Assembly (NCBI GenBank): GCA_019828565.1
Contig: JAHDYR010000038.1
Span: 698,735-762,734, forward strand
Direction: 5' to 3'
DNA length: 64,000 nucleotides
From: Carpediemonas membranifera BICM
Taxonomy: Eukaryota > Protista > Fornicata
Part shown: positions 10,901 to 20,725 of the stretch, one piece after another
Numbering within the stretch: the stretch's first letter is position 1
How the letters are laid out: every line of letters begins with the position of its first letter
Notes under the pieces: generated by a model
Databases searched by the model: none
What the model saw: only the letters and a program-made list of their open reading frames with translations
What the model was told of the DNA's origin: nothing
Translations under genes and position numbers: made by a program

Positions 10901-12463
10901 GACGACGGCTCCTTCAGCAACACCACCGGCAGCACCGAATGCACCGCCTGCCCCGCAGGGTACAGCACCCCGGGCGACGGCCAGCCCCACACTGCCTGCT
11001 CCAAGGCCACGGTCGACCCGGTCGACTCCACTTCAGTCGTGACTTTGAACGACTCCTCCCTGCCCGCCGCTGTCAGCACTGTGACCGTCGAGGGTGTGGC
11101 AGCTGCGACAATCCCAACTGATTCAAACACCCACATCGTTTTGGTCACATCCAACTCGACTGTATCTGCCGGAACTTACAAGGCGCTTGTTACCATGACA
11201 AACGGCAAGTCGGTCGAGGTCGAAGTCACGGTCGACTCCGACTACACCATCCCGGCGCCCTCCAATGTCATCGACGGGGCCGCGCTCTCAGCCCGGGCAT
11301 CCAGTGTCATATGCCCCACGACCATGGCCACACCACTGGGCGCGCTGGCCTTCGACTCGGCCTACTACGACAGTTCCAGCCAGGTCGTGTGCAAGTCTGC
11401 CCCGGCGACCATCGACCACACGGTCATCGCCACCCAGTTCCCCCCGAGTGTCAGATCAGGCTCTGGGCTATCACTCGGATATAACCGGGTCTGCGTGGGG
11501 CTCAGCGGCGCTGTCTTTGGCTCTACTGACCTTCTAAGCCTCTCTGTAGGCGGGGTTGACCTTTCCCTCGAGGTCGACGACGGTGCTGTCTGCGGCTCCT
11601 TCGTCCCTGGCATGCCGGCCTCCATGGCCGCCGCGGACTCTGCCACAGCTTTCCGTACCGTCCTCAGCTTCGACGGCAATTCCATCCTCTCGACCGACTT
11701 GACTCTGGCCGACTCGACTCTGACCCCGACAGCGTTGACAGTCGACGACTTGCTCGCCCAGTATCAGACGACCATCATTGTCGGTCTAGTCGTCGGCCTT
11801 TCCCTCGTCGTCACAGTGACCGCAGCATGCGTGGCATCTGTCACCATCAACGTCTTCAGCTGCCTCTGCTGCATCCTGCCCCGGCCCGTCACGGCTCTCA
11901 AGAGACGTCACAGAGGCAAGATGAGGGTCATCCCGATCTCTGAGTACCTGGCCAGCAAGGAAGAAGTCTCCCCCGAGGACTCGTCGACCGCCTCTGACGT
12001 GAGCTCTGACACGGAGAGGCCGATGGCGGCGACCCCATCTCTCGTGAAGATGAGCACGGTCAGTTTGATGAACGACTGTGTGATGATGGACCCCAGTGAC
12101 TCGGACCAGTCGATCGCCCAGAGTGAATCTGGGACAACCGGTCGTGATGTCGAAATGGTCACTTCAAAATCTGTATCTGCGGTGAGAAAGGCGGCGGTGC
12201 ACACCCCGCCGATCATCATTGACCGTGCAGACGAGCCATCCGCTTGCTCGTCGCCCCTTCGGACACCCTCACCTTCGCCCACTGCCCCTCTGAGGAACGA
12301 CTCGACCCACTCTTCGGTGGCAGTCAACGCCTCAGCTAGCACTCTGCTGAACAGCAGCCGTGGGACGAGGCGGTCCTCGAACAACCTGCGCATGGCGACC
12401 GTGCAGATGGCGATGGCCGAGATCAGGAGGTCCCGGCTCGCCCGCAGTGGAAACCTGTCATAA
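7925..12463 (+). CDS. Type I membrane surface protein: signal peptide, FG-GAP (integrin-alpha-like) propeller, many GCC2/GCC3 Cys-rich repeats, TM helix, Ser-rich tail
   Basis: MQLPFLFVLLLLFS signal peptide; repeated FG..VA....L.VGAPG; repeats C..G.YQ...GQ..C..A.AGYYV; TM segment IIVGLVVGLSLVVTVTAACVASV followed by a CLCC motif. Confidence 0.88.
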   Translation: MQLPFLFVLLLLFSARVHSLSPQRSSELDASHSGAHFGSAIAYSNDLAAIGSPNYTDSESNSGLVTILVPSGPDWTETTALAPSPPTAEEYFGHEVAMIDSDLIVGAPGYSSSAGAAYLYSITMGAFTLSNVLADGTAGDRCGSSVALDGTRVVVGCPGASSDTGAVLLYRESNGGFQSVIPSPTATAGDLFGSSLAICTTLLFVGAPGANAGEGSVVSFSRTGWAFTVSQTVQDLAGEFGSAVTCTEDWMAAGAPMHASGVGGMAVYSIVTTPSSALTLDSMKTPAQLTPGAMFGSALSIIDTYLVAGAPGNASGVGGAVWFEFDSGWVEQDVLPANTSDTTAAAGTAVGVAPYSIIMGAPGVDTVLAVTAECSPDTFASSLDVADCASCSPTTPYSTTYAMTCTDQVVCDPGWFTTDGLTCEEAEAGYYVDPDDQTQQLACDDGSYQPETGHSSCARCEAGYFVEADGQPHVDQESCPAGTYQEDEGQAACIDAGIGYYVATVGVTAQVECESGKFQNETGQTSCYIAEAGYYVADSDHSEQKPCDGGSYQPATGQSTCETTEAGNYTPADSQPHAAQLVCDSGKFQASEGQAACDTADAGYHVPADGDAHTVQVVCDNGHYQPAQGQASCVESDVGYFVPDDGQPHTAQTACDSGKFAVAGSSSCAASQKGFRTSPDGSTQIPCNDGKYQPEAGQDVCLVAEAGFFVPADGLPHETQTACSAGYFSSAGSETCSEANPGYYIKPIDQTQEFPCHNGQYQPNPGQASCLAADPDYYVPNDGTGHIAQTPCPVGTHSPSKAAQCIVMNCAQGQELILGVCTDCGSGEWAPFAGSCREASEGYYVDDGDHSQQLPCNGGEYSDDTGLSQCKLAPPGFYTPPTGAITEPIRCPTGSYAASGQSACTVSGAGYYVNNGDRTHQIPCNSGKYQPDEGETHCIGTPPGTFTGPTGPHAAPIDCGAGEWAGEGQDHCSTADPGYYVPDDDRSAQLACDDGSFSNTTGSTECTACPAGYSTPGDGQPHTACSKATVDPVDSTSVVTLNDSSLPAAVSTVTVEGVAAATIPTDSNTHIVLVTSNSTVSAGTYKALVTMTNGKSVEVEVTVDSDYTIPAPSNVIDGAALSARASSVICPTTMATPLGALAFDSAYYDSSSQVVCKSAPATIDHTVIATQFPPSVRSGSGLSLGYNRVCVGLSGAVFGSTDLLSLSVGGVDLSLEVDDGAVCGSFVPGMPASMAAADSATAFRTVLSFDGNSILSTDLTLADSTLTPTALTVDDLLAQYQTTIIVGLVVGLSLVVTVTAACVASVTINVFSCLCCILPRPVTALKRRHRGKMRVIPISEYLASKEEVSPEDSSTASDVSSDTERPMAATPSLVKMSTVSLMNDCVMMDPSDSDQSIAQSESGTTGRDVEMVTSKSVSAVRKAAVHTPPIIIDRADEPSACSSPLRTPSPSPTAPLRNDSTHSSVAVNASASTLLNSSRGTRRSSNNLRMATVQMAMAEIRRSRLARSGNLS

Positions 12464-12745
12464 TATGCTAGTAAACTTGTGCTATGTATTGTTGTTAGAA
12501 TCAGGGTGAAAGCCACCCAGGCCTGTCTCATTGAAGAGGGCCAGAGGCTCCATGGCGTGAGCCGACCAGTGCTCATGGTGTATGGGGTATGATAATCGGC
12601 GCGGTAGACTCTGTCGGTGCCTTTGGCTCCAGTCAACTGTCGACTCCAACTGTGGTTTCCCCCCAAATTTTTTTCCCCAACTGACAACATGGGCATCGAA
12701 TGTAGGAGGACAAAGGCAGCGCTGATTGCTGTGCATAGGGGCTCA

Positions 12746-14464
12746 ATGGCTAAAACAAGGGCAATTTCTGGCGATATTCCATCCCTCATCGCACTCGCTT
12801 ACCAACACCACTTCGGTTGTTGCATTCCACGAAGATCTGAGATGTTGACGGCGTTTACGACATATATTCATAATCTCACTGCTAAATACGAGCAACAAAC
12901 CGTCAAAGACATCGAATCTCTCTTATCCGTGATCAACAAAGTTCCTCCTCTTAAAGAGAGGGCGCAAACGTTCCTCGACCGCGCCCGCTCGATCCTCACA
13001 GACGGCCCCCCGCTCTCCATGAACGTCGAGCTCACGGAGGGCGAGGAGCTCCCAGTCGCATTGCACACGCTGAACCAGGGCACGCTGTGGGCGTGTCTGC
13101 TGGGTGGCGGGGCCAACCCCGACCTCGAGGACAGGGTGCTGGAGGAGGCTCAAGTGAAATATCCTTATCAAATCAACATACACATTGGGATTCGCCAAAG
13201 ATTTGCCCCTGAGGCCAAGTGCCTCTGGTTCCTCTGCCGCAAGTTCTTCTTCACGGCGAACATCGCCGAGAAGGACGGCGATACGCATCAGAATGTCAGC
13301 CACCTAAGCTTTTACACTCACCGCATGTACATGGGCCGCCTCTTCATGTTCGACCCCAGGTATCATGCCGCCTTCACCCGAGCCAGGATGCCCAGGGCCC
13401 TCGAGGTTGACACGTGCCCGGTAGCCTTCATAGCCAGGACGCCCAAGGGCCTGTGGGGCTGGGGGGACAACAGCAAGATGCTGCTTGGGGTATACACGCC
13501 AAGTGTCGGCCGTGAACACCGGTTCGAGTCCCCAACCCGCATCACCTTCGACAAGTGCCCCGAGGTCGCCGAGCTCGAGGCCAGTCTGCAACCCTGGGAG
13601 AAGCACAGGATGGTGCGCGACGTTTCAATGACACTCTGGCACACGTTCATACTCACCCCGGCGGGGACCGTTGTCGCAGGCGAGTTCTCTGGCGTTTTCT
13701 ACATTCCGAAAGGAGGTTATACTTCATTCTACTTCCAAGCAGTTCGCGTGCCGGATGGATTTGTCCCAGATCACATTGTCACGCATGGCAAGAACACAAC
13801 GGTTCTCTCCATGGGCGATCGGCAGGCGATAAGTGGGAGTAATGATCATGGCCAGCTGGGGCTCAACAAAGGGAGCTTCAAGCCCGGTTTGTTCGGATTT
13901 GAGGAGATTTCCTTCTCGGTCGATGATGTTCGATTGTCAGGCGCAGGAGTCAATATCTTCTTGAGCGGCGGCAAGCTGCTGTTCGCTGGCCACGTTTCCG
14001 AAATGATCGCCAAGTCGGGCCTGCTGCCTGGGTACAACGTGGGCGACAAGTGCCTCACACCCACCCCTCTCCGGTTCCCCGAGAGGGTCACGAGTATCGC
14101 GGGCGACCTGAATTTATGGCATTTATTAGCGTGGACGGGTGAGGAAAGGACGCACGTGACAAGTTTTGACGGCACTGGTGTGCCAAGTCATTACACGATC
14201 CCGTTCACGGTGACAGCTTTCGAGACTTTTCCCGACTCACACGCTCAGTTCCGCGACACGTCTGGCCGGTGGTTTAGGGTGAAAGGCATTACAGATGGCG
14301 TGGCAAAGATGGAGAAGGCCACGCGGGCGAGCTTTAATAGTGTGGACCTTATTGCGGTCGATATCGCGTGCAGCACCACACAGGCGAAGGACAGAAATGA
14401 TGAGATGCAAAGAGGCAATCACTTCAAGGGGACAAGAATACCGCACATGCGGCAAATGACTTGA
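12746..14464 (+). CDS. Lineage-expanded family protein with degenerate RCC1-like repeats (paralog of 2177..3730)
   Basis: Same conserved core as the 2 kb ORF; 'RTPKGLWGWGDN' and 'SGSNDHGQLGL' RCC1-like motifs; start uncertain. Confidence 0.65.
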   Translation: MAKTRAISGDIPSLIALAYQHHFGCCIPRRSEMLTAFTTYIHNLTAKYEQQTVKDIESLLSVINKVPPLKERAQTFLDRARSILTDGPPLSMNVELTEGEELPVALHTLNQGTLWACLLGGGANPDLEDRVLEEAQVKYPYQINIHIGIRQRFAPEAKCLWFLCRKFFFTANIAEKDGDTHQNVSHLSFYTHRMYMGRLFMFDPRYHAAFTRARMPRALEVDTCPVAFIARTPKGLWGWGDNSKMLLGVYTPSVGREHRFESPTRITFDKCPEVAELEASLQPWEKHRMVRDVSMTLWHTFILTPAGTVVAGEFSGVFYIPKGGYTSFYFQAVRVPDGFVPDHIVTHGKNTTVLSMGDRQAISGSNDHGQLGLNKGSFKPGLFGFEEISFSVDDVRLSGAGVNIFLSGGKLLFAGHVSEMIAKSGLLPGYNVGDKCLTPTPLRFPERVTSIAGDLNLWHLLAWTGEERTHVTSFDGTGVPSHYTIPFTVTAFETFPDSHAQFRDTSGRWFRVKGITDGVAKMEKATRASFNSVDLIAVDIACSTTQAKDRNDEMQRGNHFKGTRIPHMRQMT

Positions 14465-16324
14465 CTCATGCCACATGGGGAGAAGAGCAGCCTGCTGCAG
14501 CCGGGACACTTGGTGTTCTTCTTGACGCAGTTTGGTAGATCAATCACCTGGCGCGGCGCCATCTCGCACTCGCCGCCGTAGTGGGCCATGTGCTCTTCCT
14601 GGCTGGCCACACAGAGCAGGCACTTGTGGCAGAAGTCCTGGCGACACTTTGGACACGTTGACATCTTGCAGCTATCCAGGTCGCCCTCACGAGTTGTCAG
14701 CTCGCCGCACGCCGGGCAGCGGCGGTAGACGGGGACGTCCACGGCGGCGCCTCTGCCGAGCGTGACTAATTCGCACGTGCCGAGGATTTTGTTAGACTCT
14801 AGCAGAGTTGGGATGTCATCTTGCGTAAACCATGTCTTCCTGTCAATGGTGAAGAAAGACGCCGTTTGCCCCGGCACTACTGGGGTCGAATCAATGATGC
14901 CATCCGCCATAGCATCAGCGTTGGTAATGTTGGGCAGGTGGAGCTTGCCTGAGCAGTCGACCACTAGATGCCTGTGGTCGTGTAGGACAACGGGTGTTGA
15001 ACCACTGGGTAAATGATTGCCGAACACGTGGAAGGCGAAGCGGCGGTGCGTCTCGTCGTCCTCGAGCACGGCGCGGAGGGCGTCCTGCACGCCCTGGCTG
15101 TCCGCGGGGAAGCGCAGCGGGGCGAGCACAGCGTCGACCGTGAGCGGGTTGGGGCGCACGAGCAGGGCCCGCAGCTGGGCGGCCGTCAGTGCCCGAATCT
15201 TATCGGCAAAGCATGTATGAGCGGTCAGGCCGTTGTAGATCAGTCCCATATACCTGGCAAAGACACATTCCAGATTCTTACGGTACTCTGCCACATTCCC
15301 CCTGAAATCGTCAAGACTGTCATAAACTTCTTCAATTGGTTTTCTCAGGGCCTTGTCGACCTCGGGCATCAGTGCCCTCAGCTGCACGCGGCCGCCAGTG
15401 AGTGCGACGAACCAGGCGTCGCTTACCATGCCTGCCGGGATGCGGAGCCCGTGGAGCAGCATGAGCTGCAGCAACCGCCCCAAGCCGACGAGGATGGGCT
15501 GGAGCTCATCAATTCGCGAAGACAGTGTATCTAGTGTATCCTTGTTGAACATGAGAGAATCTTCACGGAATATTGGGGCAGAACAGATGTATGACCCAAT
15601 CTCATGTGTCAGGCTGATGTTTGGGAGATCCGAAATGATCTCAGCGATCTTCTCGGCGGGGGAATGCCCAGAAAGCGTGACTGAGTCGACAAAGAAGTCT
15701 GTTGTGCACCATGCAAGCTTAGTAACTACGGCTGCAGACGAAAGGGCGGGACTGTCGCCCTCTACCGTGATATCAATGCTTGGTCTCGAAAACATGCGGA
15801 AACACGCCTGCTCGACATCGGCCTTGAAGTTAAAGGCCCCCGCGAAGTGGTTGTTAGCAGCATGGAGGTCGAACTCGGGGTCAATGTCGCCGAGCTGTCC
15901 GGCGAAGAGGCCGTCGGCCAGGGCGCGGCGGACGGACCAGCGGGCCTCGGGGTGGGTGGCGAGCATGCCGGAGAGCACCTCGCGCAGGGCGTCGGGGACA
16001 GCGACGGTGGCGAGCAGGGCGGTGCAGAGCTGGTCGTCGTTGACGGTCGAAGCTGCTGCGAGGTCGCTAGTGATCAGGCTGAGAAGTCTATGGTTGAAGT
16101 CAAAGTAGTCCGGCGCCATGGACCCGAGCATTGTCAGGCCCGCGTGGTAGACGTCTGCGGCCTGCTGCTCGCGGTGGCTCAGCTTCTTCCCGGCCTTGCG
16201 GGCGGCGATCTCCTCGGGCGCGCTGAAGGCGAGCGTGCCGATGTTCACTCCGGTCGCGGTCGCGTTCACGGCGTCCATGTTCGAGGCCGTCTCGAAGTCG
16301 ACGAGCACGGGGTGGCCCTCGCGC

Positions 16325-16356
<32 letters not shown>

Positions 16357-18765
16357 ACAGACGCCCGCGCTGTGCAGGTCGTGGATCGCGGTGAGCAGGC
16401 CGCGGAGCAGTCTGCGCTGAGTGTCGGGCGAGTCGGCTGGGGCGTCGCGCAGGTGGCGCTCGAGGCGCTCCATGACGATCGCGCCGGTCTTCCTCTCAGG
16501 ATCAGAGAGGTCGACGAGGACGAAGTGCAGCCTGGGCACGGCGGGGCTGTGCGCCATGCGCGACAGGATGCCCGCCTCGCGGTCGCAGAGCTTGCGCTGG
16601 TGCGTGCTGTCGAGCTTGAAGGTCTTGGCGAAGTAGGTCTGGCCGTCGCGGGCCACGATCTGGCACAGCGCTCTGTTCTCGCTGACGGTCGACTCGACGG
16701 CGAAGTCGGACAGCGACAGGTCGGCGCGCATCTCGGGGAGGTCCATGAGGTGGGCCAGCCCCATCTCGCGCAGCTCGGCGAAGAGGCTGGCCGACGGCGC
16801 GGTGATGGCGCCCAGCTCGGGGCACAGGGCGAATAGATGCGGTGTGCAGTCAGCCAACAGCCCTTCTATCTCTGCGATGCGGCGCCTGACTCCAACGAGC
16901 TCAACCTCACTCTCCGCCACACGATCAATCGCCGCCTTTCGCATAGCAGTAATGGCCTCGTCCAGGTGGGCTGCCCGCGTCTTGAGGTGGTAGTAGTCGC
17001 CCCGCTTCTTGCACTGCTGGACTACATCCCGGGCCATCCTGTACTTATCGAGGCTCGCCTCCGCCTCCAACCGGCGTCCGTCAAAATCGGGCGTGCCGAG
17101 CTCCTCTTGGGAGAACTCCGCGAGCTGCTCCTCACACCGGGCTATCTCGAAGTCGAGCCTGCTGCGGCACGCGTGCTGATTACGGCCGCACATGGGGTCG
17201 ACCATGATGTCGCATCTCCTGATATTCTCGTATCTCGGATGGATTCTGATGCCAGGATCATCTTCTGGTGATACGTGAAGGAATGTACAGTTATCATGGA
17301 AACATCCATCGCCCAGAGGGCAGGGCTTTGTGGGGATATTCCAACCATCGGGGAGACTGTGGTCAAAGGTCAGCCTGTGAGTAATATCCTTCATCAAGCC
17401 GCACTGGGGCCCTTCTTGACACTTAGGGAGGTCCAAATGGACGAAGTTGCTCTTGTGGTCTGGATCATCCGACTCTGCGCAGTTTATGCCGAGCGGGCAG
17501 ACATGTCTGAATGAACGACAGTGGGTTGGGTCCTTCCGGGCGGTGCAGAGGTGTGGTCTCGAGCAAAAGGGGTGCGGGACGGGCGGGCATATCGAATGGT
17601 GTCTATATGCCATCGTATGAGCGGGGTCGTCTTCAAGGCCGCAGAAGCCGTCTTCCTCGCATTGTGGGGGTTGGGCGAACGCCCTGTTGTGGATGGCAGA
17701 GAAGTCCAAGCATTGCCCGCCCAGCTTGCACTGGGGCTGGGGGACATGAACGAACATGACGCAGTGCTCGCGGGCGGCAGGGGTGTCACTGCCGTGTAGA
17801 GGGCACTCGAGGCCGTCAGGGCAAGGTGTGGGGTGATAGAAGCACGATAAATGGGCCTGGTCGGCCTGTGCGCATGCCATGCCAAGGCTACAGAGTCGTC
17901 TAAGGCCAAATTTGTGGTCAAGTTTCTTCGACTCGGGCCTCTCAAGCTGTTTCGTGTCGATGATGTCTTTGAACGCGGCAATATCCCTCTCCCAGGGGAG
18001 TGCGATGGTTATGGACTTAAAATGCTGTCGATACAAGGGGAGCAACGATCTGATGACCCAGGCAGTATGGGTGTTTGGATTGCCATGGATCTCGCAGCCG
18101 AAGGCCGAAAGCACGAGGTGTTGCACGCTGTGACGTATCGCGGCTCTGAACATCAGGTGAAGATGCTCAGCAGTCTTCTTAGCGTCCGCTTCGTCCTTGA
18201 TGAAGCAGTTTTGGGTGTCCGACCCGACCAGGACGGTCTCCGGGTACATGGCGGGGGTGGTTGAAATTATCGTGCACGTCACGGGTCGGCACATGAGTCG
18301 GTAGTCATCCCTCATCGCGTGGCGGAAGATTGTGACATTTTCCGTGATAATCGCGTCACAGGGCCATGGATAGGCCGGGAATTCGGACTGGGTGGATCCA
18401 AATTCGGTTGTGCGCTCATCCAGGGCGAACGAAAGTGTGGTGCGGCGCATGATGTCGGCCTCCTGGTTTCGCTCTCCCCGCTCGTATCCCCTACCGACGT
18501 TAATGTCGTCAGCACTGCACAAACAGCCGATGCGCTCCCCAGGGTACATGTCACTGAGCATACTGGTGGCATCCAGGCTGTCCTTCTGGCACAGTGTGAC
18601 TGTGCCGAGCTCAAAGCCCTCTTTGAACGCCGCGAGAGTACCGCCCTTGGTAGTGGCGTCGGCAATGTTGTACGTGTGCGTCTTCATGCAGGCTGACAGG
18701 CTCTCTAGACCTGCAGCAGTCCGATACTCGCCGGCCCGGATGCACCCGAGGGTGTGGGCGACCAC
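14419..18765 (-). CDS. Macrodomain (bacterial-type PARG-like, degenerate) + about 8 PBZ/CCCH zinc fingers + coiled coil + protein kinase + HECT-like + IBR/RING2 fingers; probably the 3' part of a fusion with 18807..20300
   Basis: 'SADDINVGRGYERGERNQEADIMRRTTL' and 'LVLSAFGCEIHGNP' (PARG-type macro); C-x5-C-x6/7-H-x5-H repeats; HRDLKPEN/DFE/APEE kinase; 'VVDCSGKLHLP' HECT C-lobe-like; 'CPACG...CKMSTCPKCRQDFCHKC'. Starts at GTG; frame open back to about 19002. Confidence 0.8.
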
Positions 18766-18806
18766 GCCGGCCCGGTCAGCTACTGAGGGGCATGTTCTTC
18801 TAGCGC

Positions 18807-20300
18807 TTAATACAGCGGGGTAGAAGTCGGTGTGGATCGAGAAGAGGGGCGAGTTCCGGGGAACTTGGAAGGCGTCGAGGACACCCGGGGTGCGCGGACG
18901 AAACGGTTGTCTGGGGGCAGGTTTGAAGTTGATACCTTTACAGATGGGTGGCTGCGGCAGTTGAACGCGTGCAAGCTAGCACCCAGTGTGGGATCTGACG
19001 CATCACTGACGAGATTGCCCCGGTCATCCGAGAACACGGTGCAGGCGGGGTGGGACAGCCTCATCTCGAACGTCTTGGGCACGCCTGTGGTAAGGAAGTG
19101 GAGGAGGAGCGTGGCAAGATCGGAGAGGAAGGCGGGCGAGTCGTCGGACGGCAGGCTGATGTCCGCAGCAGCTGCGGATCGTGAACAGAGCTCGGAAAAC
19201 TCCGCGGTGAACGCCGCGGTCCGACCGATAGCCCATAGTTTCGCAGTCGAGTCATACGACCCGGTAACAAGCATGCAGCTGTTGGGCGAGTACGCCACAC
19301 TCTGCAGACCGCGCGTGTGCCCGCTCAGCGTCTGCACCCGCTGCCAGGTCGTCGTGTCCCAGATGACTGCCGTCCCATCGCCAGACCCAGAGGCCAGAGT
19401 CTTGCCGTCTGGGGCGAATGCGACGGATAAGACCTGGTGCGCGTGGCCTTTGAGCGTTTGCACGCATTGCCAGGTCTTGCTGTGCCAGATGTTGATAGTG
19501 CGGTCAATCGACCCAGAAGCTACAAGCGAACCGTCAGGTGAACACGCGACACTGCGGATATTCCCGACGTGACCCCGTAATTTGTGGTCAAGTCGACCTG
19601 TCGCAACGTCGTACACCCGGAGCACCTGGTCGCCGCCAGTAACCAGCTTCATGGAGTCGGCTGTGAACTCTACTGCATCGAAATAGCACGGAGGCATGCC
19701 TACCTTGACAATGCACTCACTGTGCATCACGTCATGAATATCCCAGACCTCCAGGGGGTGGAGGGCGCTCTTACCAAGAGCAAGCTTCGTCCCGTCTGGG
19801 GAAAACGCGAGAGCTTGTATCCCGCCGTCCTCGATCGCGAGTGAAGTGAGGAGCTCGCCGGTCGGCACGTGATACACATTGATGGGCCCCGAGGACTTAC
19901 ACAGTGCGACCATCGCCCAGTTCTTGGACATGGCGAAACAATGCACACGCGCCCCGTTGTTACATGTCCGTCTGCACTTGCCGGTCGGGTCCCAGAGCTT
20001 GAAGAGAGATTCGCTGTCCTTCATTGACAGATAGATAGGAGTTGTCACGACGGTATCACCGCTCATTGCTGCTACCACGTCGCCCGAATGGCCCTTCAGC
20101 GTCTGCACACAAGAACTGCCGCGCCTCGCGTTCCAAAGGGTGAGCAGACTGTCGACTTCGCTGAGCCCCGAGGCAAAAAGTTCGCCACGATTCATCCAAA
20201 TGACCAAGTTGGGCGTAGTGAGGTACATGCGGAACTCCTTGGGAAGAACCTTGGCCGCTAGGAGGTGGGCGAGGACCCGAGTGAAGTCGGCGACCCCCAT
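18807..20300 (-). CDS. WD40-repeat protein (HET-E-like repeats), N-terminal module of the family; possibly disrupted
   Basis: Repeats such as QTLKGHAHQVLSVAFAPDGKTLASGSGDGTAVIWD; homology to the N-terminus of 21164..26428 continues upstream through an in-frame TGA at 20352-20354. Confidence 0.82.
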   Translation of the reverse strand: MGVADFTRVLAHLLAAKVLPKEFRMYLTTPNLVIWMNRGELFASGLSEVDSLLTLWNARRGSSCVQTLKGHSGDVVAAMSGDTVVTTPIYLSMKDSESLFKLWDPTGKCRRTCNNGARVHCFAMSKNWAMVALCKSSGPINVYHVPTGELLTSLAIEDGGIQALAFSPDGTKLALGKSALHPLEVWDIHDVMHSECIVKVGMPPCYFDAVEFTADSMKLVTGGDQVLRVYDVATGRLDHKLRGHVGNIRSVACSPDGSLVASGSIDRTINIWHSKTWQCVQTLKGHAHQVLSVAFAPDGKTLASGSGDGTAVIWDTTTWQRVQTLSGHTRGLQSVAYSPNSCMLVTGSYDSTAKLWAIGRTAAFTAEFSELCSRSAAAADISLPSDDSPAFLSDLATLLLHFLTTGVPKTFEMRLSHPACTVFSDDRGNLVSDASDPTLGASLHAFNCRSHPSVKVSTSNLPPDNRFVRAPRVSSTPSKFPGTRPSSRSTPTSTPLY

Positions 20301-20725
20301 GGGGGCAGAACCAATGGCTTTCAGGTCGATACTATCACTAGGCGTGATATTTCACATCATTACTTCCTCAATGAGACGATCTGTGTCTCTACAGTCGCTG
20401 CTGCATGAGATACTGGAGAATAACGCACCATTGGGCCGGATAGCTGCATAACCAGACAGAATGCGAGGATGCTGCTTATAAATGCATTACCTCACTAGTA
20501 CAAACCATCTATATGAGCTATGAACACGTAAAAACATACTTTTTGCAGCGCCGCGTGACTGGTGAATCCACAGAACGGGGCTGCATCGCGAGCAAGAGAA
20601 AATTTAGCTTTAGTCATTTAAGACATTTAGCGGGGGAATCACGATGCAGCAAGCCGAGCATGAGTCCATTGTGAGCCATGTCCAGTCGGAATGACTCCAT
20701 GGTCTGGGTGCACAGCATCTTCTGC

